A stretch of 63,812 nucleotides of DNA, counting the filler, from Octopus bimaculoides (Eukaryota): NCBI RefSeq assembly GCF_001194135.2. It is 5 parts of 5 records of this genome, joined end to end, with 100 filler letters (N's around TTAATTAATTAA, not from the genome) between each part and the next. Parts side by side here need not be neighbours in the genome. Positions count along the whole stretch, not along the records: positions 44,695 to 58,961 come from NC_068991.1; positions 59,062 to 63,812 come from NC_068987.1; 3 more parts are not named here. One strand, given 5' to 3'. Positions 47,640 to 61,484 of this stretch are shown here, piece after piece. A model generated the notes under the pieces. That model saw nothing but the letters and a program-made list of their open reading frames with translations. It ran no database searches and was not told the DNA's origin. The first letter of the stretch is position 1. Every line of letters begins with the position of its first letter. The translations under genes and the position numbers were made by a program.

Positions 47640-48580
47640 CGAGCTTTGGGCTCGACCAAGCTCATGCTGGAAGCTATTTGGTCCAGATGCTGCACAGCCC
47701 TATGCAAAACTGGAATCTTTTATTCATGTCATTGTCCGTCGTAGGTCGATGCTGGTTGTTCTGCTCAGGATCAAGATGCCTTGAACCCCAACTAGACGCT
47801 TCTATTGCGTTGTGTGGAGAGATCGACTTGGTAATTACAAGTACCCTATTTAAACCGCAAAGTTAGAAGCATATCTCGACCATGCCAGCTCAAAGAGATT
47901 CTTGCAGGTTGTTTGATCGCAGAGAAACTGCAGAAAATTTCAAAGAGAAGGATATGAAAGACTTCTTTAAAGAACTCGAGGAAACTTGGGATGGAATTTG
48001 AAAGAGGAAGGGATCTATCATCCAAAAATCAATAGGTTTTCAACCGAAAATCAATAGTTTTCTCAAGTTGAATGTGTTTAATACACCTGGTTTCACAGAT
48101 GCTTCATCACTAGGCAACCTCTAGCAGTTCATTCGTGATTAAGTTATTGTTAGGATACCTACAATGGAGGAGTGAGTGGGGGGGGGCAGTCTCATGTCTA
48201 TCTAAAGGTAGCGAAGGTGATTAAATCCCTGCTGAAAATTAGGAACATGTTGGATGCAATCTTATTTTCATCCTGCATAAACGGTCCACCAAAGCAAACG
48301 AGAATACTTCGCTACTACAAGGACAGTAAGATCCTGACAGTGTCAAAAATGTATAAGAAAAGCTGATAGAATACTCTACAAAACGTATACAAAAACCCAT
48401 CACCAGCTCCGCTAAAGTAAATAAAATATTTACCCGGTTTTTTTTTTCAATACACTTACTACAGACATAAGCCAAGAAATGTGATCAGAGCCATTGTCTT
48501 TCCAACTAAAGTATAGCATTGCAGTTCAATAGGCATTGTCTTCTATCATGAACGTCGCCAGGAGAAAGAAAGCGAATAAC
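47640..48580 (+). mobile_element. Heavily deleted RTE (BovB-like) LINE relic
   Basis: LCGEIDLVITSTLFK (APE C-terminus), KDMKDFFKELEETW, IPTMEE*V..AVSCLSKGSEGD*IPAE (RT N-terminal PT..EV..AI..L..GKA.G.D.IPAE). Confidence 0.7.
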
Positions 48581-48899
48581 GTAGAATTTAGATGTAGTAT
48601 TTTGTTTCTACAAATGCTTTCGATATGAGGAATATGTCCGGCCCAAAGCAGCCACTGCTTGTCCCCAGAAATTGATATTCATCAGGTCTGTCCTGTACGT
48701 AGAAATAATGAGAAAAGGTCAAAATTTCCAGGAGACGCATTTGGACACATTTGCTATTAGAAACGGTGTTAACTATGATATTAGCATAATATATGTGTAT
48801 GTGCATAGAGAGAGTAAGAGTGACTGGTTAGAGAAAGAGGAAGAAAGAGATAAATCTGTAGATAGAGAGAGAGGGGAAGAAAGTGAGTGTGTTCGATAA

Positions 48900-49027
48900 A
48901 CAGATAAACAGACACACAGATAGATAGATAAATAGGTAGGTAGGTAGGTAGGTAGGTAGGTAGGTAGGTAGGTAGGTAGGTGGGTGGGTGGATAGGTAGA
49001 TAGATATATAGACAGACAGACAGACAC

Positions 49028-49094
<67 letters not shown>

Positions 49095-49160
49095 CAGACA
49101 AACAGGCAGACAGACAACTAGATAGACAGACAGGCAGACAGACAGACAGACGAACGGACG

Positions 49161-49224
<64 letters not shown>

Positions 49225-49225
49225 T
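48900..49225. repeat. (GATA)n/(GGTA)n/(GACA)n compound tetranucleotide tract
   Basis: Direct reading. Confidence 0.95.
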
Positions 49226-49824
49226 AATGGATGATGCACTGAGATCCGGACAAGCGTACAAACACACCGATATTCAGACAGATATTTCAGAAGGGCAGAG
49301 AACTGTGCAATAACTGTGTACATGGGAAATATACCTAAATATATTCGGAGATAATGCTCGGCTATATTTTACATTAGAATAATGCGAGTGTGCGTGTTAG
49401 CAAGCGTGTTTATGTGTTTATATCAATGTAACTTAGTGTATGCATGCGTGCGAGTGTTGCGTATATATATATATATATATATATTGCTGTCTTCTATGTC
49501 ACTATGTGAAGATATACATGTGCGAGACTGAACCAGTGCACGAAGAGAGTGCAAAATATAAATGGATCGCCTGCATTTGAGAACTGAAATAGCATTATAT
49601 TGCAGGCGGAGTTGTGTACTCGATAAATGCAATTTTCTCTGCTTGAATTGGTGGAAGAGAAAGTTTACATGCTTGAGAAGATAAGATATGAGGTACTGGC
49701 TTCAAGGAGGCTGTTTCCTTCTCACCTGCCAATGAAAGAGGTGATGATAAATAACACCTATCTGTGTAAGATATAGCGGAATCTAATTATATATAGCTGT
49801 GCGTGTTGTGCGTGTATGCATGTT

Positions 49825-49913
<89 letters not shown>

Positions 49914-51009
49914 CCATATAAATATATACATATAAACATACATATGTAAACTATAGATATATCTATCTATATAGATAGATACACATATACATATATGTAT
50001 ATATACAAATATACATGTATATATATGTGGGAGAATGTACGAAAAAACAACAACAGACGAGGACAGGTGGTGTAAATAACAAAAGTATATATATATATAC
50101 ATATATACATATACATATACACGTATATATGTATATATATGTATATATATAAATATATATATACATGTATATATACATTCATATACACACGTATATACTT
50201 ACATACATATATAAAATACACATATGCATACACACACACATATATATATGTAATGATATGTACAAGATATGTGTATTATCTTGTGTTTGAAAGAGAATGA
50301 GAAATAGCAAAGGCAAAACGAAGGCAGAGAGCGTGCACATCAATGCAAAATATTTGCATATATATTTGCATGTGTGTGTAAGCGCGTGGGAATGTGTACG
50401 CGTGCATGTGCTTATGCGTGTGAGAGTGAAAAGGTTTGCATAAATGTAAATGTCAAGTGCCAAAAGTGTCAGAAGTGCCATAGACTGGAAGAGAAGAGGT
50501 CAAAGATAATATCACCTTAAAATATCCTTCAAGATATTTTCATGTATTTGGACTTGATAATCACCATAATCGCTGTAATAACAGGAGACTGCAAACTGTC
50601 TGTCATATTATTATTGCCGATTACAAGCTGGTTTGGTGTGTACACAGTGTGGAATCTTGTAACTGTAGACATACGCATATGCGCACAAGCAGAAAGACTC
50701 ATAATATTTACATAATCTGTATATATATGTATAATAGAGAGAGAATAAAACAGGGCGAGGGTGTGGAGAGAGGGAGACGGGGATGCTGGCATGAATAGTG
50801 ATGCAAATATGCGCCATGTAAAATATACTCAACACTGGATGTTTGTTGATTGATGTACTTCATTGAAAGCAGAAGAACATAAGTTACACGTATCATTACT
50901 TTCTGAGCTTCTTGTCGTTCTCGAAATCTAATATATATATATATATGAGTGTATTTATATATATATATCTACTTATCTCTCTCACTCTTTCAGTCTTTCT
51001 CTCTCACTC

Positions 51010-51052
<43 letters not shown>

Positions 51053-51438
51053 NNNNNNNNNNNNNNNNNNNNNNNNNNNNNNNNNNNNNNNNNNNNNNNN
51101 NNNNNNNNNNNNNNNNNNNNNNNNNNNNNNNNNNNNNNNNNNNNNNNNNNNNNNNNNNNNNNNNNNNNNNNNNNNNNNNNNNNNNNNNNNNNNNNNNNNN
51201 NNNNNNNNNNNNNNNNNNNNNNNNNNNNNNNNNNNNNNNNNNNNNNNNNNNNNNNNNNNNNNNNNNNNNNNNNNNNNNNNNNNNNNNNNNNNNNNNNNNN
51301 NNNNNNNNNNNNNNNNNNNNNNNNNNNNNNNNNNNNNNNNNNNNNNNNNNNNNNNNNNNNNNNNNNNNNNNNNNNNNNNNNNNNNNNNNNNNNNNNNNNN
51401 NNNNNNNNNNNNNNNNNNNNNNNNNNNNNNNNNNNNNN

Positions 51439-51469
<31 letters not shown>

Positions 51470-51470
<1 letters not shown>

Positions 51471-51611
51471 TACGGGCTTCTTTCAGTTTCCGTCTACCAA
51501 ATCCACTTTGGTCGGTTCGAGGCTATATAAAAGACCTTTGCCCAAGATGCCACGCAGTGGGAACCATGTGGTTAGTAAGCAAGTTACTTACCACACAGCC
51601 ACTCCTACACC
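51470..51611 (-). mobile_element. SINE family A head half with small deletions
   Basis: Matches 38885-39059. Confidence 0.9.
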
Positions 51612-51704
51612 TATATATATTATATATATACATATATATATATATACACATATATATATGTATATACATATATATACACATATATATGCACACTCAGGGT
51701 GATT

Positions 51705-51737
<33 letters not shown>

Positions 51738-51852
51738 ATAGATAAGTGTCTGCCTGTGTCTGTATATATACACATCAATAAATATACACAAGCACACCCA
51801 TTTACGCACGCACATATGTATAATTGACTATGAACGACGGATTCAGTATCCG

Positions 51853-51913
51853 TAGCTGATGAACCGTAATGCAGAAAGTCGTACATCTTACGGTTCGATT
51901 GCGTCATGGCTAT
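51853..51913 (+). ncRNA. Degenerate hammerhead-like motif
   Basis: TAG-CTGATGA-ACCGTAA-(18 nt)-TTACGGT-TC-GATT-GCGTC-ATGGCTA; the GAAAC core is mutated to GATT. Confidence 0.4.
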
Positions 51914-52982
51914 TTCTGCAATTCTTAGGATTAGGAGCATGTGTTTCGCTCTTTCTCTCCATTCTCTCTAAATATCTGTATACACATATATACACACACG
52001 CGCACACATATATATGTGTATATATATATATATATATNNNNNNNNNNNNNNNNNNNNNNNNNNNNNNNNNNNNNNNNNNNNNNNNNNNNNNNNNNNNNNN
52101 NNNNNNNNNNNNNNNNNNNNNNNNNNNNNNNNNNNNNNNNNNNNNNNNNNNNNNNNNNNNNNNNNNNNNNNNNNNNNNNNNNNNNNNNNNNNNNNNNNNN
52201 NNNNNNNNNNCATACTTACAAACACGCACACATACACACATATAAACATACACGTATGTATAAAGAAGATTATCGCGGAAAAACTGTTTTTCTGCTTGTC
52301 GTAATCTTATCCGCTGCTACTGCTCTTCTTATTCATATTATTGTTTTAGTTGTTGTTGCGATACGATCTCAGATCGACTATCAACGAACAGACATACGAC
52401 ATCAACCAACTTTCTATCATATTTCTTTTTTTTTTAACAACTGAGACGAATTTCATTATCCAATGTCTTCCGCCATCTTCTTAAGATAGTAGTTTATTTC
52501 TGGCGAGATATGGTTGCTTGATAAAGCAACTTGAATATCCACAGAGATTCCCTTGTCGGTTCGCAATCCTATTTTTGTGTGCATATACACAATGTGGTTA
52601 GCGATTAGTGGTCAGTGGGCTTTGCTCCCTATCCTGTAGCCGGGTAGAATCGCGAGCTCGATTTTGGGTAGAATTGCAGGTTATATACTTGAGAAAGGCT
52701 TTTCCTTTTACGTTGTCCAATTAACTCAAAGGAAAATTAGAATCAACTGAACTCTGGTGCAGCCCAATCTTCTTTCAGTATTTACATTCCGGAGGTTTCA
52801 CTCGATCAAGGGTAGAATGATCGACAATGTACCTATATCTTCTCTCGGCAACATGACTACCAAACGAATGTATGCGCTCGCTTTTGCGAGGGACGGCCTT
52901 AATGGTCACTATGTTGAACCCTCTTCGTTTCCATCCTATATATGCATCATATTTGTACGTAGTTGCACGTGTACTTTGACGC

Positions 52983-53084
<102 letters not shown>

Positions 53085-55504
53085 AATAGTGACTTCTCGC
53101 TCTTTTTTCCTGTTAAAATTCTTCACTGCAATCGTTTCATGCATTACTTGTTTCATTATTACTCTTGGCACTGAGTCTATTTCCATTCTCTATATTTTAT
53201 CTGTTTCAACTTACTCGGGAATCCTTGTTATCTCATTACTTTTTCTATCTCCTCCTGGTTTATGCTTTACACAGACTTAATCGATGCGTCAATTAAAGTA
53301 CACAGACCCTCTTTATAGCCTTTAACAATCGTATCAAACCACTTTTATTTAAATTCTTTTATCTGTCTCTGTATTATTTACCATCATCACTACATACCAT
53401 TCCCGTGTATCTTTATCTACATTGTTTGTCCGCTTGTACGTTTGGCATATTACCAAACGGTCATGTCTCTCGAAATATATTCTGTCTTCGCCTTCTCTGG
53501 ACAAGAAGATATGAAAACGTTTATTGTAAATATATTTCGACAGCACATTCTCATTTGCTGTCAGCCATTTGATTTCTTTGCGATCTGTTTTCCTTCTTTC
53601 TCGCTTTTATGTATTTTGAAAAATGTAGTTAGACAAGACGATAAGATATTAAATCACCAACGGAAGAACAGTATAAGACTGTATTTATTTATTTGTTGCT
53701 CTTTTTTCAAGTTGTATGCTATGTAAAAAATGGTTGTGAATTAGTAGAATCGTCAGAACATTGGCTAGAATACTTTGAGGTATTTGATCTGGTCATCTGG
53801 TTCTCTACACTCTGATTTCAAATCCAACCGAGGGAGCAATACGGTGTCTCATCGTTTCGGAGTTGGTAAATAATCGTGCTTGAGATGTACGGACAGAACC
53901 TTAGCACAAGTGTAGCTGTGTGGTTATGAAGTTCGATTCATAACTACGTATGTTAGAGTTCAAACCTGCTGCTCGGCAGCCTAGGCAAGAGCTTATATCA
54001 CAACTTCTAATTGATCACTGGGTTTGTGAGTAACATTTATTGGACATGTACACCATTAACTTAATACTCAACAAGAATCACACAGTAATATGATAAGGCT
54101 GGGCCTTTCAATTTTAGATATAATACATCTGATGAGCTTTCACTCAAATTTCATTCACAAAACTTGAGTCGATCAAAGAGATGTTAGATGCTCCAGCGTC
54201 ATGCAGTGGGATCTCATGATGCCAAGTGAACTTTTATATCATTTGCCTCTACTGATTCTATAAATATTACTTTCTTACATATATCTTCCATGTTGATAAC
54301 ATATTCTGCTTCATACTCTACCTACCCACTGCACCGGATCATTTCTCTTCATACTGCTTTACTAATTCCTTCTAACCTATCACAACTTGCCTTGCTGGAT
54401 GCCATTATATTCATCAAAACCTAACTGCAAACTCTGACTTGTTAGATTAACAATGTCTTTAGATTAATATCGATTACTTCAATTATGACTACAGGTTTTA
54501 TTCCTGTTTTGCTTCTCTAAAACTATTGCAACTGTTGAACCCATCATTTTAAAGATTTCCTTGTTTACAATTAGTACTTACAATTATTGTAGTTTTATCA
54601 CTTTGTCCCTTATCTAAATAATTAACACATATCTTAACACCGTATCATACTGTTATGTCACTACAAATTTGTAATCTTAAGATTATCTTGCCCCGTATTG
54701 TTTCGTCGCGAAGCATTGCGGTCAGGACCTCATACGAGCAAAATCAGAATCGCTGTAACACCATGTAATTAATATCCAGCAGCTTGTTTTCGATTTTTCC
54801 TCTCATCAGAAACCTTTGATCTTATCCAACATAACCTTTCATCTCTGTTATCAAATCACACTTTTATTGCGTTACACTTATTACGTTAATCGTTCGATCA
54901 CATACAAATATGAGTGAAATGATTCTCAAGAGTGCATATAATGCGCTTATCGCTATATGTATTATGTTGGAAAGAAAAGCCTGTCGCATATTTTGGTATG
55001 ATTGCTTTGAGGGTATTTTATGAATGATTACAGTAAAATAAGCATTTATTTATACATTTTGACGTTCTTTTCTCTTTCTTTGAGGATTATTTTACACTAT
55101 ACTGGTTTAAATTTTGTTTTTTATATTAATTCTTTTTTTTTTCTTCGACATTACATTAACTTTATTTCTATTCGCGTTTTAAAATGATGAAAAAGGAAAG
55201 AATAAAAGAGAAAAACTAGGCAAAAAATGTGGTGGCAAAGCAACAGAAGACGGGACATGATGTTGTCTGTTTGTTGTAGTTTGGTTGGAAATAGATAACC
55301 AGTCAGCTTCATTAATTTACCTACTGTTTAAATGCCATTGTTTAAACGATATATCTCTTTTTTACCTGCTCTGCATACTTATAAATACGAGCACTTTCAG
55401 CCAAACGTTGAAACTGGTACGATATGAAACAATATAAAAGTGAAAGAATATTCAAAATGAAAGAACAAAAGTGAAAGTATTATAACATCACAATATAGAT
55501 GTTA

Positions 55505-55735
55505 TTGTTTCACTTTTGAATCGGAATACCGAACCAGTGTAAGAGATTGTTCGAGGCCCGCATTAAGCAAGAAGTTGAACACTTTTTTGGACCATGACAC
55601 TCCATGGACCTTAAGTAATGTATGTGTAAGATTTGAATGAAATCGGTTGGGTAGTTCTCGAGTTTTAGTGATGCACACATACAGACACACACACACACAC
55701 ACATTCTCAGTTTTATATTTATAAATATACACATA
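55505..55735 (+). mobile_element. Helitron/Helentron-associated non-autonomous element (DINE-1-like 3' half)
   Basis: tgtgtaagatttgaatgaaatcggttgggtagttctcgagttttagtgatgc..cagac(ac)n..ttttatatttata; pattern recognition only. Confidence 0.5.
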
Positions 55736-55779
55736 TATATGATCAAATATATATACATGTGTGCGTGTGTGTGCGTGTG

Positions 55780-55995
55780 TGTGTGTGTGTGTGATCAAAT
55801 GTTTTTGCCGCATATTAGTACACTCTCCCCAAATCGGCGTTCTATGAACAGGTGCACTGTGTGCCACGCGTCAGGCGTCGAAGTGATTCCAGAGCAAGGT
55901 GAAATGAAGTGTTTTGCTCAGGAACACAACACACCACCCGGTCTACGAACTGAAACCACGATCTTGCGATCGTGAGTTCAACACTCTAACCACTA
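55780..55995 (-). mobile_element. tRNA-headed SINE family C
   Basis: Minus strand tggactagtggttagagtgttgaactcacgatcgcaagatcgtggtttcagttcgtagaccggg (A box, anticodon-like arm, B-box-like). Confidence 0.75.
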
Positions 55996-56025
55996 GTCCA
56001 TACTTATATATACGTATATATATAC

Positions 56026-56074
<49 letters not shown>

Positions 56075-56906
56075 TACATATATATATATATGTATATATA
56101 TATATTTATATGTGTGTGTGTATGTGTGTGTGTATGTGTGTGTATGTGTGTGTGTAATTGTGTGTAGCAGGTTTCGTTGAGGATAAACAACTTCTGTGAA
56201 AAGTGATCAAACATACAAATTACTGACTAACTAATGACTCCCAGCTATTTCTCTTTTTATGCTTATATAATAGATATTAACGCGATCAGTGTTGCGTTTT
56301 ATGTACACCCGGCCAGCATCCCTTTGATAATCCTATATTCATATATGAGGTGTTTAAATAAGTAATGATGCCGAAAGCTCTTTGCTTGACATGTTTACGA
56401 TCTGCGATTCAAGCAAGTTCAATTCCGCGCTATTTTATTTGACTTGGTATGAGGATTAAGGATTGATTTATGCTTTAATGTATAGAAGGAAGTACATATA
56501 CTGGCTCAGGTAGCAAACTGGCAGAAATACTAGCTCCTCACGTTGACTGGTTTGTGGTGTTTGTCATGACTGTCTGCATTGCGAGTTCAAGTCACACAGA
56601 GGGGAGCTGTCTTTGTTACTTCTTAATTTGAAAATACATCATTTAAATCCAAAATTCAAAATTCCGCAATGAACTAGAAGATCACTCAATACTTTTCGTA
56701 GTCTACATATTTATTATTCATTAACAAGAATAGTGATGACATTAACTTCAAAGTTTCGGCCAATACCACAGCTCGATGAAGGCTAGCAGTTCAGTTCAAA
56801 CCGAAACATTGTCAATGATACTCTTGTTAAATGTCTTTCATGATTCAACTCTGTTTCCATAAGGCGTTTATTATCAGAACAGTTGCCAATAACAATTTCA
56901 ATATTA

Positions 56907-57262
56907 TTACCTTAGCGAAGGCAGAAGAATTGTTTTCAGTCGTGCTTGTTTGTCGGTGGACAAGATATCTCAAGAAATGCTGGATGGATTCGGATGAAAC
57001 TTTCAGTGAAGTTTGGCCTCGTGACTGGCACGAATTGGTTAGGTTTTGGGATCGATCTGGTACCGCACAAGGATTCTGGATTATTTTTCCGGTTTTTTTT
57101 ACTTAATTTTTGAGAGCGGTCGGGTTCATTTTTAATATTCTCGTTTGTGGGAGTAGTCGACTTTATTTCAGATATTCTCATTTTAAAATTCTCTCTGGCT
57201 AATCATTGAGAGCACGTTGGTGTTGCCTTAGCGGAGGTTTGCGCTCTCTGAGTGCTCTTGTT
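56907..57262 (+). mobile_element. Helentron-type non-autonomous element (HINE-like)
   Basis: Subterminal inverted repeat taccttagcgaagg / ccttagcggaggt plus a 3' hairpin gcgctc-tct-gagtgc at 57241-57255. Confidence 0.6.
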
Positions 57263-57467
57263 ATTTTTTTGTTTTTATTTGAATGGGATAGAACTTCAAG
57301 TGTTCACTTTCATACGCTTTAATTTCGATAATTTTCGTGAAATTTCTTTATTCCTAATTCTTTGGACACTGTTTATATCCCCGAAAGTTCCTCTATTACA
57401 TCCTGGTTGAAAGCACCCAAGTTCATTTTCACTGATAATAACTCGAATTATATTAATCAATCACTAG

Positions 57468-57800
57468 TCTTACTTATTTTAGTCATTAGACGGCGGCCAT
57501 TTTCGGTAAATAACTTCTAGTCGAACAAATTAGCCCAGTGCATTTTTGCGAGCGCGCGTATTTTAAGCTTTGCACTAATCTGATCCGCTAGGTTGCGGGG
57601 ACGTAAACACATTAACACCGGTTGCCAAGTAATGAGGGGACACACACACCTATATATCCGGATGGGCTTCTTTCAGCTTCCATCACTCTTCGGTCAGCTT
57701 GATGCTGTAGCAGAAAACACTTTCCCAACTTGCCACGCAGTGGGATTGAACTTGGGACGATGTGGTTGGGAAGGAAACTTACAAAGCAACCGCCAAGTCC
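57468..57800 (-). mobile_element. Older full-length SINE family A copy
   Basis: Tail (agtcattagacggcggcc), central microsatellite remnant and head (tgccacgcagtgggattgaac) in the same order as 38496-39059. Confidence 0.75.
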
Positions 57801-58919
57801 AATTTGCATATATTTTTCTGTTATCAGAATTGGTGAAATAACATTGAAATACGACAGTCTAGTCTTTTATCGGTTCCAAACTGTATATGCACCATTATTC
57901 CAAGAGCTTGCCAGCAACACTTCATTCGGTCAAAACTTTCGCGCAATACAAAGAATAAATCAGGTTTTCGAACAGATATAAAATGAGGAATTTATAGTTA
58001 CCACATAAACACAACAATATTATTGCTATGTGATAATAAAATATTCTACGAATTACATCATATTCATGGCTGGAGTTACGAACCGTTGTTCGAATACATA
58101 TACAAAATTATTTCAGAAAAAAAAATATTGGACTTCCTTACTTTCGTAGCATTTAAGGTAGAGATATCTTCATGGATCTGTATGTCTTTCAGTATTTGTT
58201 TCCAAAGTCATTTTATGTGAGATGCGTGTGTATGCATGTATATGTGTGTCCGTGTATCTCTATATATTTATGTCAATATATGAGAACCAATAGGCGTTCA
58301 GATAAACGTGTTGGCATTGTACATGGTTTCGGAGTGTTTATGACGGTGTGTGTTGTGTCTTCAATGCATGACGCAAGCATACATCTAAATTGAAATGAAA
58401 TTTCTATTTACTTAGCCAGACGTTTTACTATACTTATGATAGTATTTCTAACACCTCAATTATATTATAAAAATAGACACTGATTGTACTTGTAAAGTGT
58501 GTGACACCAAAGAACCTCATTCACATAATGATTTCCCAAAGGTAAAATAAACTAAGTTTACATTTTAAAAAAAGAAAATAGTTTGCTAGAAATATATCGA
58601 TAAATATTAATAACACTGTTATCCGTGTAAAGAATCAAGACGTATGTAAACATGTGGCAGGCGAGAATGTGGTTAACCTATTACGGTGTCTTTAAATATA
58701 ATTTCGTTGAATATAATTGAATAGGATACAAAAACAAATATGATTAGAAACACGGAAATGCATAAACGCAAACACACACTCACACACTCAGGTATATATA
58801 TGTATGTATGTATATGTATGTATATATATACTCAGACGTACACACACACACTTACATATATGCATACATACATATTTACATATAAATATATGCATACATA
58901 TATACATGCCTATTCATAC

Positions 58920-58961
<42 letters not shown>

Positions 58962-59061
58962 NNNNNNNNNNNNNNNNNNNNNNNNNNNNNNNNNNNNNNN
59001 NNNNNTTAATTAATTAANNNNNNNNNNNNNNNNNNNNNNNNNNNNNNNNNNNNNNNNNNNN

Positions 59062-59112
<51 letters not shown>

Positions 59113-60283
59113 CAATATTAAATGTCTGAACGAGAGGTAAGCAATAGCAGTACGGGAACGTAAAATATAATTGCCAACCAAATGTGGCGGTCTCATGGTG
59201 GACGATGCTATTGTCGTTACTACCTCCAGAAGACACTATGGTGTAGTACTACACCTGAGAGTCTCAGTGTGTACCACGTAAGACTAAACGTGAGAACGCT
59301 GATTTCGTCTCGCAAATACTAATCGCACATGGACAGTGTGTCGTCAGCCAACTGGCGAAGATTTTCTCTCGGGGCTAAAAACCACAGTACCATTGTCCTC
59401 TATGGGACCGGCACATTTAGTTGGCATTTATGTTATATTATATTGTATCATATTGTATGTAATTGAATTTTAATTGAACTTTAATTGTATTTTAAAAGAA
59501 CAGCGATTTCGAGGGGTTTTCGGTCGGCGGGCGCCGTATATCCCCTCATTTATATCATTCTCATCCCCTTTATATATATATGTCCATCCCACATTGCTTC
59601 TTTACTTCTTTGTAAGGATATTATGGCCAACGTTCATGAAATAAAGTAGTTTGCTTANNNNNNNNNNNNNNNNNNNNNNNNNNNNNNNNNNNNNNNNNNN
59701 NNNNNNNNNNNNNNNNNNNNNNNNNNNNNNNNNNNNNNNNNNNNNNNNNNNNNNNNNNNNNNNNNNNNNNNNNNNNNNNNNNNNNNNNNNNNNNNNNNNN
59801 NNNNNNNNNNNNNNNNNNNNNNNNNNNNNNNNNNNNNNNNNNNNNNNNNNNNNNNNNNNNNNNNNNNNNNNNNNNNNNNNNNNNNNNNNNNNNNNNNNNN
59901 NNNNNNNNNNNNNNNNNNNNNNNNNNNNNNNNNNNNNNNNNNNNNNNNNNNNNNNNNNNNNNNNNNNNNNNNNNNNNNNNNNNNNNNNNNNNNNNNNNNN
60001 NNNNNNNNNNNNNNNNNNNNNNNNNNNNNNNNNNNNNNNNNNNNNNNNNNNNNNNNNNNNNNNNNNNNNNNNNNNNNNNNNNNNNNNNNNNNNNNNNNNN
60101 NNNNNNNNNNNNNNNNNNNNNNNNNNNNNNNNNNNNNNNNNNNNNNNNNNNNNNNNNNNNNNNNNNNNNNNNNNNNNNNNNNNNNNNNNNNNNNNNNNNN
60201 NNNNNNNNNNNNNNNNNNNNNNNNNNNNNNNNNNNNTATATATTTTTTTAATATACAAAGGTACATATATATATACATATAAA

Positions 60284-61394
60284 TTACACGTATCAGGGTG
60301 TTAAAGTCGTCTCGATGTAATATCAGTAAATATATATACACCTTGAGAATTGAATCTGATCCAATACGTAAAACTACAGTTATTTTCATTTTTTAAACAT
60401 TAAATAAATTTCATGTATAGTTATTTCATATTTTAAATATGGATATTTCATGTATAGTTATTTCATATTTGAAAAATGGATATTTCATCTATTGTTATTT
60501 CATAATTATAAACATGCATATACATATTTTTTGAAAATATCTAAAGGGTCCCAAAAAGCTATAATAGTTATTTGTTTGTTTATAAGTCAATTAGATAATT
60601 CTGGATATAGGTTGTTGTTTTTTTTAGATTTATAATTTATAGTTCTGTTCAGCTATGAGAATGGTTACATTCTTTAAAAGAATCGAATTGAAAATGTTTA
60701 GGTAACATTAAATCGTATCAATAAATCACTTTAGTTTAATAAAGAGGTACCTTCTCATGTGCCTACATGATGGAAGTTTGCCATCCCTCGTATTAACTAG
60801 GTTCCCTTTCCTTTTCATTATTTTATAGATTTTGTCCAGGCAGAATCTACAGAATTTATTAATCTTGTAAGGTGTGTGTGGTAAAGTTTTCCATTTCATT
60901 GTGAAATTATTTTGTTTTCCTTTTTCTGATGTGCCATATTTTCTTTGAAAGTCCTGTACAATTCTTTTTGTTTTGTTCCCCAAATGTCGATTCATGGTTC
61001 GTGATTCGTAATTTATTCTAAATTTGTGACGATCTGATACAATGGTATTTTGTCATATCCTGTGTTATTGGTGCTTGGTATACTTCAATTTTCTTCTCCA
61101 AAACTTGTCTAGCTTGAATGTATTTGGGTCTCTACAATTACAGTTTTTATTTTGCGTTGATAAAGAAATACTATTATTCATCTTTATTGATTTATATAAG
61201 TTATTGTTAGTAGGGGTATTTATATTGTTAAGGTTGTTATTTATACTATTATGGTCCGTTTAGCGAAAGGTATTATGATCAATGTGGTTTTATCTCGGTC
61301 TACCTTACTTATATATTAATTTCTAGTCACAAAATCATTTATTCTCACACATGGTATTAATTTCTTTCTCACTATGTTTTATGATCACTATTAC

Positions 61395-61484
<90 letters not shown>

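Noticed and set aside
54781-54815. Hammerhead at minus-strand CTGATGAGAGGAAAAATCGAAAAC
   Set aside because: Core present but no stem I or credible stem III/cleavage triplet.
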